The translations under genes and the position numbers were made by a program. Positions 1 through 8,256 of a stretch of DNA of 32,000 nucleotides are shown here, one piece after another. A model generated the notes under the pieces. It saw only the letters and a list, made by a program, of their open reading frames with translations, made no database searches and was not told where the DNA came from. The stretch spans positions 757,436-789,435 of the forward strand of contig NC_003902.1 of NCBI RefSeq assembly GCF_000007145.1, written 5' to 3'. This stretch comes from Xanthomonas campestris pv. campestris str. ATCC 33913. Its GTDB lineage: Bacteria > Pseudomonadota > Gammaproteobacteria > Xanthomonadales > Xanthomonadaceae. Numbering within the stretch: the first letter of the stretch is position 1; each line of letters opens with the position of its first letter.

Positions 1-675
1 GGGCAGCTGCTGCACTAGGTTCTGGTCCAGCCGCTTGATGGTGCCGTTGGTGGTGGTCAGGGTGGTGTCCAGATTGCGCGCGGCGTCGCGCGCGCTGACG
101 ATCAGCGCCTGCATGCCTTCGTCGCGATCGGCGATGCCGCCGCTGATCTTTTCCAGGTTCTGCAGTGTGGCGGTGATGCTGGCCACGTTCTTGTCCGAGA
201 GCATCTGGTCCATGCGCTCGACGATGCGATTGGCGGTGTCGGTGATGTTCTGCAGCGCCGACGGCGTGGTCTGGATGATCGGCGCGTCGCTCTTGTCGAT
301 GGTGGTCAGCGACGGTGCTTCGGGCGTGCCGCCGGAGAGCTGGATGATCGACGGGCCGGTCAGGCTGGTGATGGCCAGCTTGGCGCGGGTGTCGCTCTTG
401 ATCGGCGTGGTGGAGTTCACCCGCACATGCGCCACGACCTGGCGCGGGTCGTTCGGCGCCAGCGTCAGCTCGGTGATCGAGCCCACCGCGATGCCGTTGT
501 ACTGCACCGGGCTGCCGACCGACAAGCCGGTCACCGCCTCGCGGAACACCACCCGGTATTGCTGCCAGGTGCGGTCGGAGGAGTATTTGGCGGCCCACAG
601 CCCGAACAGCAGCAAGGCCAGGCCGGCCACGATGGTGAAGGCGCCGATCAGGACGTAATTGGCTTTGGTTTCCAT
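1..675 (-). CDS. MCE/MlaD-family lipid-transport substrate-binding protein (3' end runs off the window)
   Basis: Reverse translation from ATG at 675-673 gives METKANYVLIGAFTIVAGLALLLFGLWAAKYSSDRTWQQYRVVFREAVTGLSVGSPVQYNGIAVG..., i.e. an N-terminal TM anchor plus an MCE-domain-like sequence. It starts 2 nt after the upstream ATPase stop (TGAgcATG). The + strand ORF 35..658 is its shadow. Confidence 0.8.
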   Translation of the reverse strand, partial: METKANYVLIGAFTIVAGLALLLFGLWAAKYSSDRTWQQYRVVFREAVTGLSVGSPVQYNGIAVGSITELTLAPNDPRQVVAHVRVNSTTPIKSDTRAKLAITSLTGPSIIQLSGGTPEAPSLTTIDKSDAPIIQTTPSALQNITDTANRIVERMDQMLSDKNVASITATLQNLEKISGGIADRDEGMQALIVSARDAARNLDTTLTTTNGTIKRLDQNLVQQLP

Positions 676-677
676 GC

Positions 678-1508
678 TCAGGCGGTCTCGGTGGAGGCGG
701 TCTTGGCCTGGCGCGCGGCACGCGCACGGGGGCCGTGAAAATATTCCTGGATCCAGGGGTGATCGACTTGTTCGATTTCGGCCAGCGGGGCGTTGGCGAT
801 CACCTTGCGATCGGCCAGCACCGCGATGCGGTCGCAGATGGCGTACAGCGTATCCAGGTCGTGGGTGATCAGGAACACGGTCAGGCCCAGGGCCTGCTGC
901 AATGTGCGGATCAGCCGGTCGAAGGCGGCCGCGCCGATTGGATCCAGCCCGGCGGTGGGCTCGTCCAGGAATAGCAGCGGCGGGTCCAGTGCCAACGCCC
1001 GCGCCAGTCCGGCGCGCTTGCGCATGCCGCCGGACAATTGCGAGGGCAGCTTGTCCAGCGCGTCGGCGGGCAAACCGGCCAGCTTGATCTTCAACAGCGC
1101 CAGTTCGAAATACCAGCGCTCGGGGAATTCGCCGTGATGCTCCTTCAGCGGCACCTGCACGTTCTCGCCGACGGTCATCGAGGAAAACAGCGCGCCGTCC
1201 TGAAACAGCACACCGGTGTTGCGGGTGATGTGCTGGCGATCGACGAAACGGCCCGAGCGCGCATCCGCGCCAAGCACCTGGATGCTGCCGGCATCGGGTT
1301 CGCGCAGGCCCAGGATGCTGCGCATCAACACCGACTTGCCGGTGCCCGAGCCGCCGACCACGCCCAGGATCTCGCCGCGGCGCACGTCCAGGTCGAGCTC
1401 TTCGTGGACGACCTGGCTGCCGAACCGGTTGGTCAGCCCGCGCACGGAGATTGCCAGCTGGTCGTCGTCAGTCTCGGGAGTGGTGATTTGGGATTCGGGA
1501 TTGGTCAC
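678..1508 (-). CDS. ABC transporter ATP-binding protein, MlaF-like
   Basis: 276 aa. Walker A GGSGTGKS, ABC signature LSGGMRKR, Walker B LLFLDEPTAGLD, H-loop ITHD. GTG start at 1508 preceded by GAGAGG. Sits between the MlaE-like and MCE genes. Confidence 0.9.
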   Translation of the reverse strand: MTNPESQITTPETDDDQLAISVRGLTNRFGSQVVHEELDLDVRRGEILGVVGGSGTGKSVLMRSILGLREPDAGSIQVLGADARSGRFVDRQHITRNTGVLFQDGALFSSMTVGENVQVPLKEHHGEFPERWYFELALLKIKLAGLPADALDKLPSQLSGGMRKRAGLARALALDPPLLFLDEPTAGLDPIGAAAFDRLIRTLQQALGLTVFLITHDLDTLYAICDRIAVLADRKVIANAPLAEIEQVDHPWIQEYFHGPRARAARQAKTASTETA

Positions 1509-1587
1509 AGCAGGCCTCTCGCGAGCGCGGAGACGCCCGCGCGTGTGCTTTGCACGAATCCCGAATCCCCAATGTCGAATCCCGGCC
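1485..1587. repeat. Palindromic heptamer-repeat element (GGGATTC ... GAATCCC type)
   Basis: Perfect 13-bp inverted repeat gggattcgggatt (1490-1502) / aatcccgaatccc (1557-1569), plus a further gaatccc unit at 1577-1583. Fills the mlaE-mlaF junction and overlaps the first codons of the ATPase. Confidence 0.65.
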
Positions 1588-1590
1588 TCA

Positions 1591-2703
1591 TCACCACCCC
1601 ATCTTCATGAACCACAACGCCGCAATTGCGTCGAGGATGATGACCAAGGAAATCGTCTGCACCACCGAAGAAGTGGTGCGTTCGCCCACCGACTGCGCGG
1701 TGCCGCTGACCTTCAAACCCTCCAGGCAGCCGATCAGGCCGATCACCAGCGCAAACAGCGGCGCCTTCGACAGGCCGACCAGGAAGTGCCGCAGCTGGAT
1801 GGTGTCGTGCATGCGCGCCAGGTACATCTGCGGCGGAATATCCAGATCGAACGCGCCCACGGTGACGCCACCGGCCAGGCCGGCGATCATCGCGATGAAG
1901 GTCAGCAAGGGCAGGGTGAAGATCAGCGCCAGCAGGCGCGGGATCACCAGCAGGTCGATCGGGTCCAGGCCCAGGGTGCGGATGGCATCCACTTCCTCGC
2001 GCGATTTCATCGCGCCGATCTGCGCGGTAAACGCGCTGGCGGTGCGGCCGGCCAGGACAATAGCGGTGAGTAGTACGGCAAATTCGCGCAGGAACGCGAT
2101 CGACACCAGTTCCACCACATAGATCTCCGCGCCGAAGTCGCGCAGGATCGTCGAGCCCAAAAACGCGATCACCGCGCCCACCAGGTACGACAGCAGCACC
2201 ACCAGCGGCACCGCATCCAGCCCCACCTGTTCCATGTGGTGCACGGTGGAGGTGAGCCGGAAGCGGCGCGGTTCGTGGATCAGTCGCGCGATCTTGACCA
2301 GGTTCTCGCCCAGGAAGCTGTTGAGCTCCAGGATGCCCTGGCCCACGCCGTGGGTGGTGCGGCCCAGACGGTCGAGCGCGGCGACAAAGCCGTAATCGCG
2401 CTTGGGCTTGGGGCGCTCGTCGTTGAGTTCCTCGATGGTGCACACCAGTGCCTGGTGCTCGTCGCGGAAATCGATGGCGTCTTCTTTCAGGCCCATGCGG
2501 CTGGCAAAGCGCAGCAGCTGCAGTACCCCGGCCGAATCCAGTTGCCCGATGCCACGCGCGTCGATGCGGCGCACCCCGTCGGGAACGGCTTGCAGCAGCT
2601 CGGCCTGGGGCAGGGCGGTGGCCAGGACCCAACTGCCGGCGAGGCGTACCTCGGCATGGTCCTGCGAGTCTTGTTCTATGCGTGGCGGTTGCGGTTTGAT
2701 CAT
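1591..2703 (-). CDS. MlaE-family ABC permease with N-terminal STAS/MlaB-like domain
   Basis: 370 aa from ATG at 2703 (MIKPQPPRIEQ...). The N-terminal ~100 aa (AEVRLAGSWVL...IDARGIGQLDSAGVLQLLRF) looks STAS-like. The C-terminal ~260 aa is a multi-TM MlaE-like permease (…REFAVLLTAIVLAGRTASAFTAQIGAMKSREEVDA…). The 814-aa track ORF is an upstream over-extension antisense to the next gene. Confidence 0.85.
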   Translation of the reverse strand: MIKPQPPRIEQDSQDHAEVRLAGSWVLATALPQAELLQAVPDGVRRIDARGIGQLDSAGVLQLLRFASRMGLKEDAIDFRDEHQALVCTIEELNDERPKPKRDYGFVAALDRLGRTTHGVGQGILELNSFLGENLVKIARLIHEPRRFRLTSTVHHMEQVGLDAVPLVVLLSYLVGAVIAFLGSTILRDFGAEIYVVELVSIAFLREFAVLLTAIVLAGRTASAFTAQIGAMKSREEVDAIRTLGLDPIDLLVIPRLLALIFTLPLLTFIAMIAGLAGGVTVGAFDLDIPPQMYLARMHDTIQLRHFLVGLSKAPLFALVIGLIGCLEGLKVSGTAQSVGERTTSSVVQTISLVIILDAIAALWFMKMGW

Positions 2704-2868
2704 GGGCGGCCTGTCCGTGGCGTCAGCATACAGTGGCTGGCGTGAGCGAATGATGGGGAGTAGCTGCGCGCACGGCGACAGCGACCGGCGATGGCGACCA
2801 CGGGCCAGGCGTGCTGCGCATACACTGGCGTCCTCGCCCAGGCGCCGCTTCGATCCGACCCGCCACGC

Positions 2869-4128
2869 ATGTCTGCTGCCACCGTTGTTCCATCGTCCGC
2901 CGGCGCAACCTACGCGCAACGTGTCGCCTTCGTGTCGGAAATCGCCGGGCGCCTGCATTCCTATGGCACCACCGCGCAGCGGCTCGAGGCGGCGGTGATC
3001 GGCCTGTCGCAGAAACTGGGGCTGGATTGCGAGCCCTGGTCCAATCCCACCGGCATCATCCTGAGCTTCAGCGACCCGACCAAGTCGATCGGCTCCAGTG
3101 ACATCACCCGCGTGATCCGCCTGGCGCCGGGCGAGAACGACCTCTACAAACTCAGCGTCGCCGACTACGTGGCCGACAGCGTCGCCAGCGGGCGCATGAG
3201 TATTGCCCAGGGCCACACGGCCCTGCGCCGTCTTGACCGCGAGACGGACCGGCGCGGCAAGGCCCTGCAGGTGCTGGCGTTCGGCCTGGCCGCGGCCGGG
3301 GTGGCCGGGCTGTGGAAGCTGCCGTGGCTGGACATCGCCACCGCCGGGGTGATCGGCATGTCGATCGGGCTGCTCACCCAGTACACCGACAAGCGCCCGG
3401 CCACCAAGGAGGCCGGCGAAGCACTGGCCGGGCTGCTGGCCGGCGTGGTCGCTGCGCTGGTGGCCTCGCTGGTCGGCCCGCTCAATCTCAATACGGTGAT
3501 CATTGCCTCGCTGGTGGTGCTGCTGCCCGGTATGTCGCTGACCAATGCGTTCAACGAGTTGGCCAGCCAGCATTGGGTGTCGGGCACGGCGCGCCTGGCC
3601 GGTGCGGTCACCACGGTGCTCAAGCTCACCGTGGGCGCGGTGATTGCGGTGACGTTGACCCAGTTGGTGGGCTTGAACCCGCAGGTCGCCGCGGTGCGCC
3701 CACAGGCCGGCTGGGTGGAATGGGCCTCGCTGCTGGTGGCCGCGTATGCGTTCGCGGTGCTGTTCAAGGCCAATCGCCGCGATTATCTGTGGATCATGGC
3801 GGCGGCCATGTCCGGGTATGTCATCGCACGTTATGCCGGGCATGCCTGGGGCGGGCCGGCCGGCGTGTTCGCATCGGCGATGGCATTGACCGCCGCCGGA
3901 AATCTGTTTGGACGTGTGGTGCAAAAACCCGGTGCGCTGATCCGGTTGCCGGGCATCATCATGCTGGTGCCCGGTAGCACCAGTTTGCGCGGGTTTTTGA
4001 CCCTGGTGCAGCAGCAGGATGTCACCGTCGGCCAAGCTGCACTATTGGCGGTCACCAATATCGTGATGGCTTTGGTGGCCGGATTGCTGTTTGGCAATCT
4101 GCTGATCCCGGCCCGCAAGAATTTATGA
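2869..4128 (+). CDS. Threonine/serine exporter (ThrE) family membrane protein
   Basis: 419 aa from ATG 2869 (MSAATVVPSS...). An N-terminal soluble-like region is followed by about 10 hydrophobic segments, which is the typical DUF1212+DUF3815 layout. Strong GC3 bias. Confidence 0.75.
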   Translation: MSAATVVPSSAGATYAQRVAFVSEIAGRLHSYGTTAQRLEAAVIGLSQKLGLDCEPWSNPTGIILSFSDPTKSIGSSDITRVIRLAPGENDLYKLSVADYVADSVASGRMSIAQGHTALRRLDRETDRRGKALQVLAFGLAAAGVAGLWKLPWLDIATAGVIGMSIGLLTQYTDKRPATKEAGEALAGLLAGVVAALVASLVGPLNLNTVIIASLVVLLPGMSLTNAFNELASQHWVSGTARLAGAVTTVLKLTVGAVIAVTLTQLVGLNPQVAAVRPQAGWVEWASLLVAAYAFAVLFKANRRDYLWIMAAAMSGYVIARYAGHAWGGPAGVFASAMALTAAGNLFGRVVQKPGALIRLPGIIMLVPGSTSLRGFLTLVQQQDVTVGQAALLAVTNIVMALVAGLLFGNLLIPARKNL

Positions 4129-4149
4129 CAGGCCCGAACGGCGCCCAAT

Positions 4150-4179
4150 AAAAAACGCCGGCAGTGCCGGCGTTTTTTA
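4150..4179. terminator. Bidirectional rho-independent terminator
   Basis: aaaaaaCGCCGGCagtGCCGGCGtttttt: a 7-bp GC stem flanked by an A-tract and a T-tract, lying between convergent thrE-family and hns-like genes. Confidence 0.8.
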
Positions 4180-4190
4180 TTTGCCTTGAA

Positions 4191-4661
4191 TCACGCAGCC
4201 TTGGCTTTCTTGGTCGCGCGCTTGGTGGCGGTTTTGCGCGTGGCCTTCTTGGCGGTGGCCTTCTTTGCCGGCTTTGCGCCGCCGTCCTTCTTGATCAGGA
4301 AGTCTTCGACCTTCTTGCCGGCAGCGGTCAATTCAGCCAGCCAGCGCGGCTGCTTGCCGCGGCCGGTCCAGGTTTCCTGGGCATTGGCGGGATTGCGGTA
4401 TTTCGGTGCAACCTTGCCCAGCTTGCGTCCGGCACGCGGACCCGGCTTGCCGGCGGCGGCCGGACGGCCCGGGCCGGCACTGGCGGCGGCGCCGAACAAT
4501 TCTTCAATGGAATAACCCTGGGCTTTCGCGGCGCGGGTCAATTGGGTCCGCACCTTGGCAATCGGCGCGCGCTTGGCGACCACCGTCTGCTGCTTCTTTG
4601 CATTCTTGATCAGTGCGCCCAACTGCTTGGCCGACAGGCCGGTGAGATCGATCGACATCAC
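4191..4661 (-). CDS. H-NS family nucleoid-associated protein (XrvA/Bph3-like) with lysine/alanine-rich C-terminal tail
   Basis: 156 aa. Coiled-coil-like N-terminus (LSAKQLGALIKNAKKQ). H-NS DNA-binding core YRNPANAQETWTGRGKQPRWL. Followed by KPAKKATAKKATRKTATKRATKKAKAA. Confidence 0.8.
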   Translation of the reverse strand: MMSIDLTGLSAKQLGALIKNAKKQQTVVAKRAPIAKVRTQLTRAAKAQGYSIEELFGAAASAGPGRPAAAGKPGPRAGRKLGKVAPKYRNPANAQETWTGRGKQPRWLAELTAAGKKVEDFLIKKDGGAKPAKKATAKKATRKTATKRATKKAKAA

Positions 4662-4808
4662 TACTCCGGAAAATTGAGAGGGAAATTAAGAGCAACTAAC
4701 AAAACGGCGACATATTCGAATGGCAGGCGCGGCCTGCCATCGGTTTTCTCTGGAGCGCGTCCATGCGAAATCCTGCGCACCATCCCAAACCGCACGTCAC
4801 GCTTTGTT

Positions 4809-4829
4809 AGTCGCCCCTGAAAAACCCCC
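4809..4829. repeat. IS terminal inverted repeat (left)
   Basis: agtcgcccctgaaaaaccccc is the exact reverse complement of 6296-6316. Confidence 0.85.
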
Positions 4830-4830
4830 T

Positions 4831-6255
4831 TCAAGCACCAAGTGTCATCGGCGACAGCGGCACGGCGCTAAAGGATGGCCATCCCATCGCCCGCATCCAG
4901 GCACGCAAAAACGCGATCCAGCGCAGCAGCCAGCGCAGGTTGTAGCCGGCGGCGCAGCCGAGTACGTGCAGCGCATCGCCTTGTGCACCTTTCAGCCTGC
5001 AGCGACGCAACCTGCAGTCGTCTTTCAGATGTCCGATCACCGGTTCCACCGCCTGCCGTCGTTTGATCCAGCGCCATTGCCGTCGCGTCAGCGTCTTGGC
5101 CTTGCCACGATGGAGCACCTGCACGCCATCGACCTCGCGCCCGCGATAGCCCAGGTCCACGATCGCCACCGTCGGTTCTACGCTCAGATCCTGCAGCAAC
5201 CCGCGTGTCTGCTCCAGCTGCTCGGCCAAGGTGTCGCCGTCGTACGGGTTGCCCGGGAAGCTACGCGCACCCACGACCAATCCCTTGCAGGCGGTGACCG
5301 CAATGCCGACCTTGACGCCGAATTCGTACGCTTGACGCGCCTTGCCCTTACCGATGCATTCCACTTCCGGGGCATGCAATGCGTACAGTTTTTGTTTGTC
5401 CTTCGGACGCTGCGTGTACAGCCGTTGCGCACGTTCCAGCCAGACCGCGATGCGCTCGCGCACGCCGGGTTCCACCTGGTCCAGCTTGCGCGCGATATCG
5501 CGCAACACCCGCCCCAAGACCGTGCGTTGACGTCGCAGCACGCGCTGCATGCGCTTGAACTGGCGTGCATGCGCATAGCGGCCCGCCTTGCGGCTCAGGG
5601 CCGGACCTTGCCGTGCGTAGCTCTGCCGCAACCCGATGCCGTAACGCTTGGCCAGCAGCACCAGTTTCTTGCGTGCCACCTCCAGCAACCGACTATCGGT
5701 CGGATAGGCAATCGCCTTTTCCTGCACCGTGGTGTCCACGATCACCCGCGACAACTCGCGTGCGTCCACCGCCTGCATGGCATGTGCAGCGTTGATGGTG
5801 TGTGCCAGCAACTCTTCCATCCCCGCTTCGTCAAGCCGCTGACGCCAGCGCGTCAGCGAGCTGGCATCGCACGGCAAGCGCGTCTGGAACACGACCTCGC
5901 CAGTGAAAAACTGCCAATACGGATTTTCCAGCCAACGCTCGCACACCGCCTCATCGGACAGGTCGTAGGCGTGTTTGAGGTAGAGCAAACCGGCGATCAG
6001 CCGCACCGGCAATGCCGGCCGACCGCCACCAGCCTGGGTGGCCGGCAAGCGCGATGAAAGTGCTTGCTCCAACGCCGTCCACGGCATCCGTTGGCTCAGC
6101 TGCGCCAGCGGATGCCGCAGATCGATCTGGTTCTCCAGGCGCGAACGAAACAACTCCTCGGCAGGCATGTGCTCGGCAGCAGGACGGCGTGTATGCATGA
6201 GTGGAAATTGCCAGAAACCAGCCTTCAGCGTAGCGAAAACTGGTAGTTCTGGCAC
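4831..6255 (-). CDS. IS5/IS1182-superfamily DDE transposase
   Basis: 474 aa. InsH-like N-terminal region (LRHPLAQLSQRMPWTALEQAL, LPVRLIAGLLYLKHAYDLSDEAV...W.ENPYWQFF). C-terminal DDE region (VIVDTTVQEKAIAYPTD ... VDLGYRG ... VEPVIGHLK). The true start may be an internal Met (MHTRR.. or MPAEE..). Confidence 0.9.
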   Translation of the reverse strand: MPELPVFATLKAGFWQFPLMHTRRPAAEHMPAEELFRSRLENQIDLRHPLAQLSQRMPWTALEQALSSRLPATQAGGGRPALPVRLIAGLLYLKHAYDLSDEAVCERWLENPYWQFFTGEVVFQTRLPCDASSLTRWRQRLDEAGMEELLAHTINAAHAMQAVDARELSRVIVDTTVQEKAIAYPTDSRLLEVARKKLVLLAKRYGIGLRQSYARQGPALSRKAGRYAHARQFKRMQRVLRRQRTVLGRVLRDIARKLDQVEPGVRERIAVWLERAQRLYTQRPKDKQKLYALHAPEVECIGKGKARQAYEFGVKVGIAVTACKGLVVGARSFPGNPYDGDTLAEQLEQTRGLLQDLSVEPTVAIVDLGYRGREVDGVQVLHRGKAKTLTRRQWRWIKRRQAVEPVIGHLKDDCRLRRCRLKGAQGDALHVLGCAAGYNLRWLLRWIAFLRAWMRAMGWPSFSAVPLSPMTLGA

Positions 6256-6295
6256 GCCACTGCAGACATCAAGGCCTTGCGGGCGTTGGGTGATT

Positions 6296-6316
6296 GGGGG
6301 TTTTTCAGGGGCGACT
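6296..6316. repeat. IS terminal inverted repeat (right)
   Basis: gggggtttttcaggggcgact is the exact reverse complement of 4809-4829. Confidence 0.85.
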
Positions 6317-6388
6317 TGTTAGTTGCTCTCGGAATGCCATTCCGTGGCAGCGCCGGCCATCATAATGACAGAAAACCCATATGACAAA

Positions 6389-6410
6389 TGCGCCGAATTA
6401 CTTCGGCGCA
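6389..6410 (-). terminator. Probable proS terminator hairpin
   Basis: tgcgccgaa-ttac-ttcggcgca: a 9-bp stem 39 nt downstream of the proS stop. On the minus strand it is followed by tttgtcatatgggttttc. Confidence 0.5.
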
Positions 6411-6448
6411 GTGCGTTCATCCAGCGGGAGGATATTGCCCGGGTTTGA

Positions 6449-8143
6449 TCAGTTCCCAAGCCGGGAGAATAACCCGGCCTTATCCAGGTTTTCTGCCGAT
6501 TCGGCGGTGCGGGCGCGATATTCAAAAGTCCCGGCCGCCAATCCACGCTCGGACACCACCACGCGGTGCGGAACGCCCAGCAGTTCCATATCGGCAAACA
6601 TGGCGCCCGGTCGCAGGCCGCGATCGTCCAACGCCGCGTCGATGCCGGCGGCGATCAATTCCTCCAGCAAGTCACCGGCCGCGGCAGCCACCTGCGCGTC
6701 CTGCTTGGGGTTGATCACGCACACCACCACCTTCCACGGCGCCATCGGCGCGGGCCAGACAATGCCGGCGTCGTCGTGGTTCTGTTCGATTGCCGCCGCC
6801 ACGATGCGCGAGATGCCAATGCCGTAGCAGCCCATCTTCATCACCGCAGCCTTGCCGTTTTCATCCAGCACGGTGGCCTGCAGCGCTTCGGCGTATTTAC
6901 TGCCGAGCTGGAACACATGCCCCACTTCGATGCCGCGGGTCAGGCGCAGCTCGCCGCCGTCGCTGGCCCGGTCGCCGTCCACGACATTGCGCACGTCGGC
7001 CACGGTCTCCGGTTCGGGCAGGTCGCGGCCCCAGTTGACCCCGGTCAGGTGCACGCCTACCGCGTTGGCACCGACCACGAAATCAGCCATGGCCGCGACG
7101 TCGCGATCGGCAATAATGCGAATCGGCTGGGCCGGCTGCACCGGGCCCAGGAAGCCGGGCTCGCTGCCCAGGTGCTGACGGATCTCGCTTTCATTGGCCA
7201 GCCGGTAGTCGGCCATGCCGGCGACCTTGGCCAGCTTGAGCTCGTTGACGGCGTGATCGCCACGCACCAGCACCAGCACGAAGCCGGCGGTGGTCATCAC
7301 CGCGATCGACTTCACCGTGCGCTGCAGCGGCAGGCCCAGCAACTGGGCCACGTCTTCGCAGGTCTTCTGGGTAGGTGTGTCCACGCGCTGCAGGGTCTCG
7401 CCGGCAGCCGGGCGCGGTGCGGGCAGGGCGGCGCTGGCGGTTTCCACATTGGCTGCGTAGTCCGAGCCGGTGGAGAACGCCAGCGAGTCCTCGCCCGATT
7501 CGGCGATGACATGGAATTCCTGCGAGGCATCGCCGCCGATTGCGCCGGAGTCGGCCTGCACCGCGCGGAACTCCAGCCCCAGCCGGGTAAAGATGCGGAT
7601 ATAGGCGGCTCGCATGTTGTCGTACTCGCGCGCCATGTCCGCATCGGTGAGATGGAACGAATAGGCGTCCTTCATCAGGAACTCGCGTGCACGCATCACG
7701 CCGAAACGCGGGCGGATTTCATCGCGGAACTTGGTCTGGATCTGGTAGAAATTCAGCGGCAGCTGCTTGTAGCTGTTGATTTCCTGGCGCGCGAACTCGG
7801 CCGCGGCTTCTTCGGCGGTCGGGGTGTAGCAGAACTCCTGTTCCTTGCGGTCCTTGATCTTCAGCAATTGCCCGCCGAACTTTTCCCAGCGGCCGGTCGC
7901 GTCCCACAGCTCGCGCGGCTGGATGGTGGGGAACAGCACTTCCACCGCCCCGGCGCGGTTCATTTCCTCGCGCACGATGGCCTCGACCTTGCGCAGCACG
8001 CGCAAGCCCAGCGGCGACCAGGTGTACAGCCCGGAGGCCAGCTTGCGGATCATGCCCGCGCGCAGCATCAGACGGTGGCTGACCAGCTCGGCGTCGGCCG
8101 GGGTTTCCTTGGTGGTGTGCAGGTGGAACTGGGAAAGACGCAT
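6449..8143 (-). CDS. proS: Proline--tRNA ligase
   Basis: 564 aa. [42 protein letters not shown]..., with class II aaRS motifs and the bacterial-type editing insertion. Full-length. Confidence 0.97.
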   Translation of the reverse strand: MRLSQFHLHTTKETPADAELVSHRLMLRAGMIRKLASGLYTWSPLGLRVLRKVEAIVREEMNRAGAVEVLFPTIQPRELWDATGRWEKFGGQLLKIKDRKEQEFCYTPTAEEAAAEFARQEINSYKQLPLNFYQIQTKFRDEIRPRFGVMRAREFLMKDAYSFHLTDADMAREYDNMRAAYIRIFTRLGLEFRAVQADSGAIGGDASQEFHVIAESGEDSLAFSTGSDYAANVETASAALPAPRPAAGETLQRVDTPTQKTCEDVAQLLGLPLQRTVKSIAVMTTAGFVLVLVRGDHAVNELKLAKVAGMADYRLANESEIRQHLGSEPGFLGPVQPAQPIRIIADRDVAAMADFVVGANAVGVHLTGVNWGRDLPEPETVADVRNVVDGDRASDGGELRLTRGIEVGHVFQLGSKYAEALQATVLDENGKAAVMKMGCYGIGISRIVAAAIEQNHDDAGIVWPAPMAPWKVVVCVINPKQDAQVAAAAGDLLEELIAAGIDAALDDRGLRPGAMFADMELLGVPHRVVVSERGLAAGTFEYRARTAESAENLDKAGLFSRLGN

Positions 8144-8256
8144 CGGGCTTCGCTTGAGGCGGAAAGCCGATAGTTTGCCAGTGTCGTGCCCTGCAGGTCA
8201 TCGGCGATGCCTCGGCGGCGCGTTGCGTGCACCGGCGCGTGGCCGGTGCGCAGGGC

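Larger units (their letters stand above)
4809..6316 (-). mobile_element. Intact IS5-family insertion sequence (~1.5 kb)
   Basis: Perfect 20-21-bp terminal inverted repeats (a)gtcgcccctgaaaaaccccc at 4809-4829 and 6296-6316 bracket a single 474-aa DDE transposase ORF. The flanks carry a direct repeat: TGTT, or up to TTGTTAG depending on where the boundary is placed. Confidence 0.85.

Noticed and set aside
35-658. 207-aa plus-strand ORF at the window start
   Set aside because: The opposite strand encodes a clean MCE/MlaD-family protein that is translationally linked to the upstream ATPase. The + ORF is its shadow.
1571-1587. tRNA T-arm-like string gtcgaatcccgg
   Set aside because: No acceptor, D or anticodon stems can be built around it. 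It is a GAATCCC unit of the palindromic repeat element.
1591-4035. 814-aa minus-strand ORF in the track
   Set aside because: Only the C-terminal 370 aa (from ATG 2703) look like a protein (STAS + MlaE). The N-terminal 444 aa are Arg/Gly/His/Pro-rich and antisense to the well-supported thrE-family gene, a typical high-GC shadow extension.
4720-6057. 445-aa plus-strand ORF inside the IS
   Set aside because: It is antisense to the 474-aa transposase, which has recognisable IS5/InsH-type regions. There is no independent support for it.
6566-8173. 535-aa plus-strand ORF and other ORFs overlapping proS
   Set aside because: They are antisense to proS, have Arg/His/Gly-rich composition and carry no motifs.
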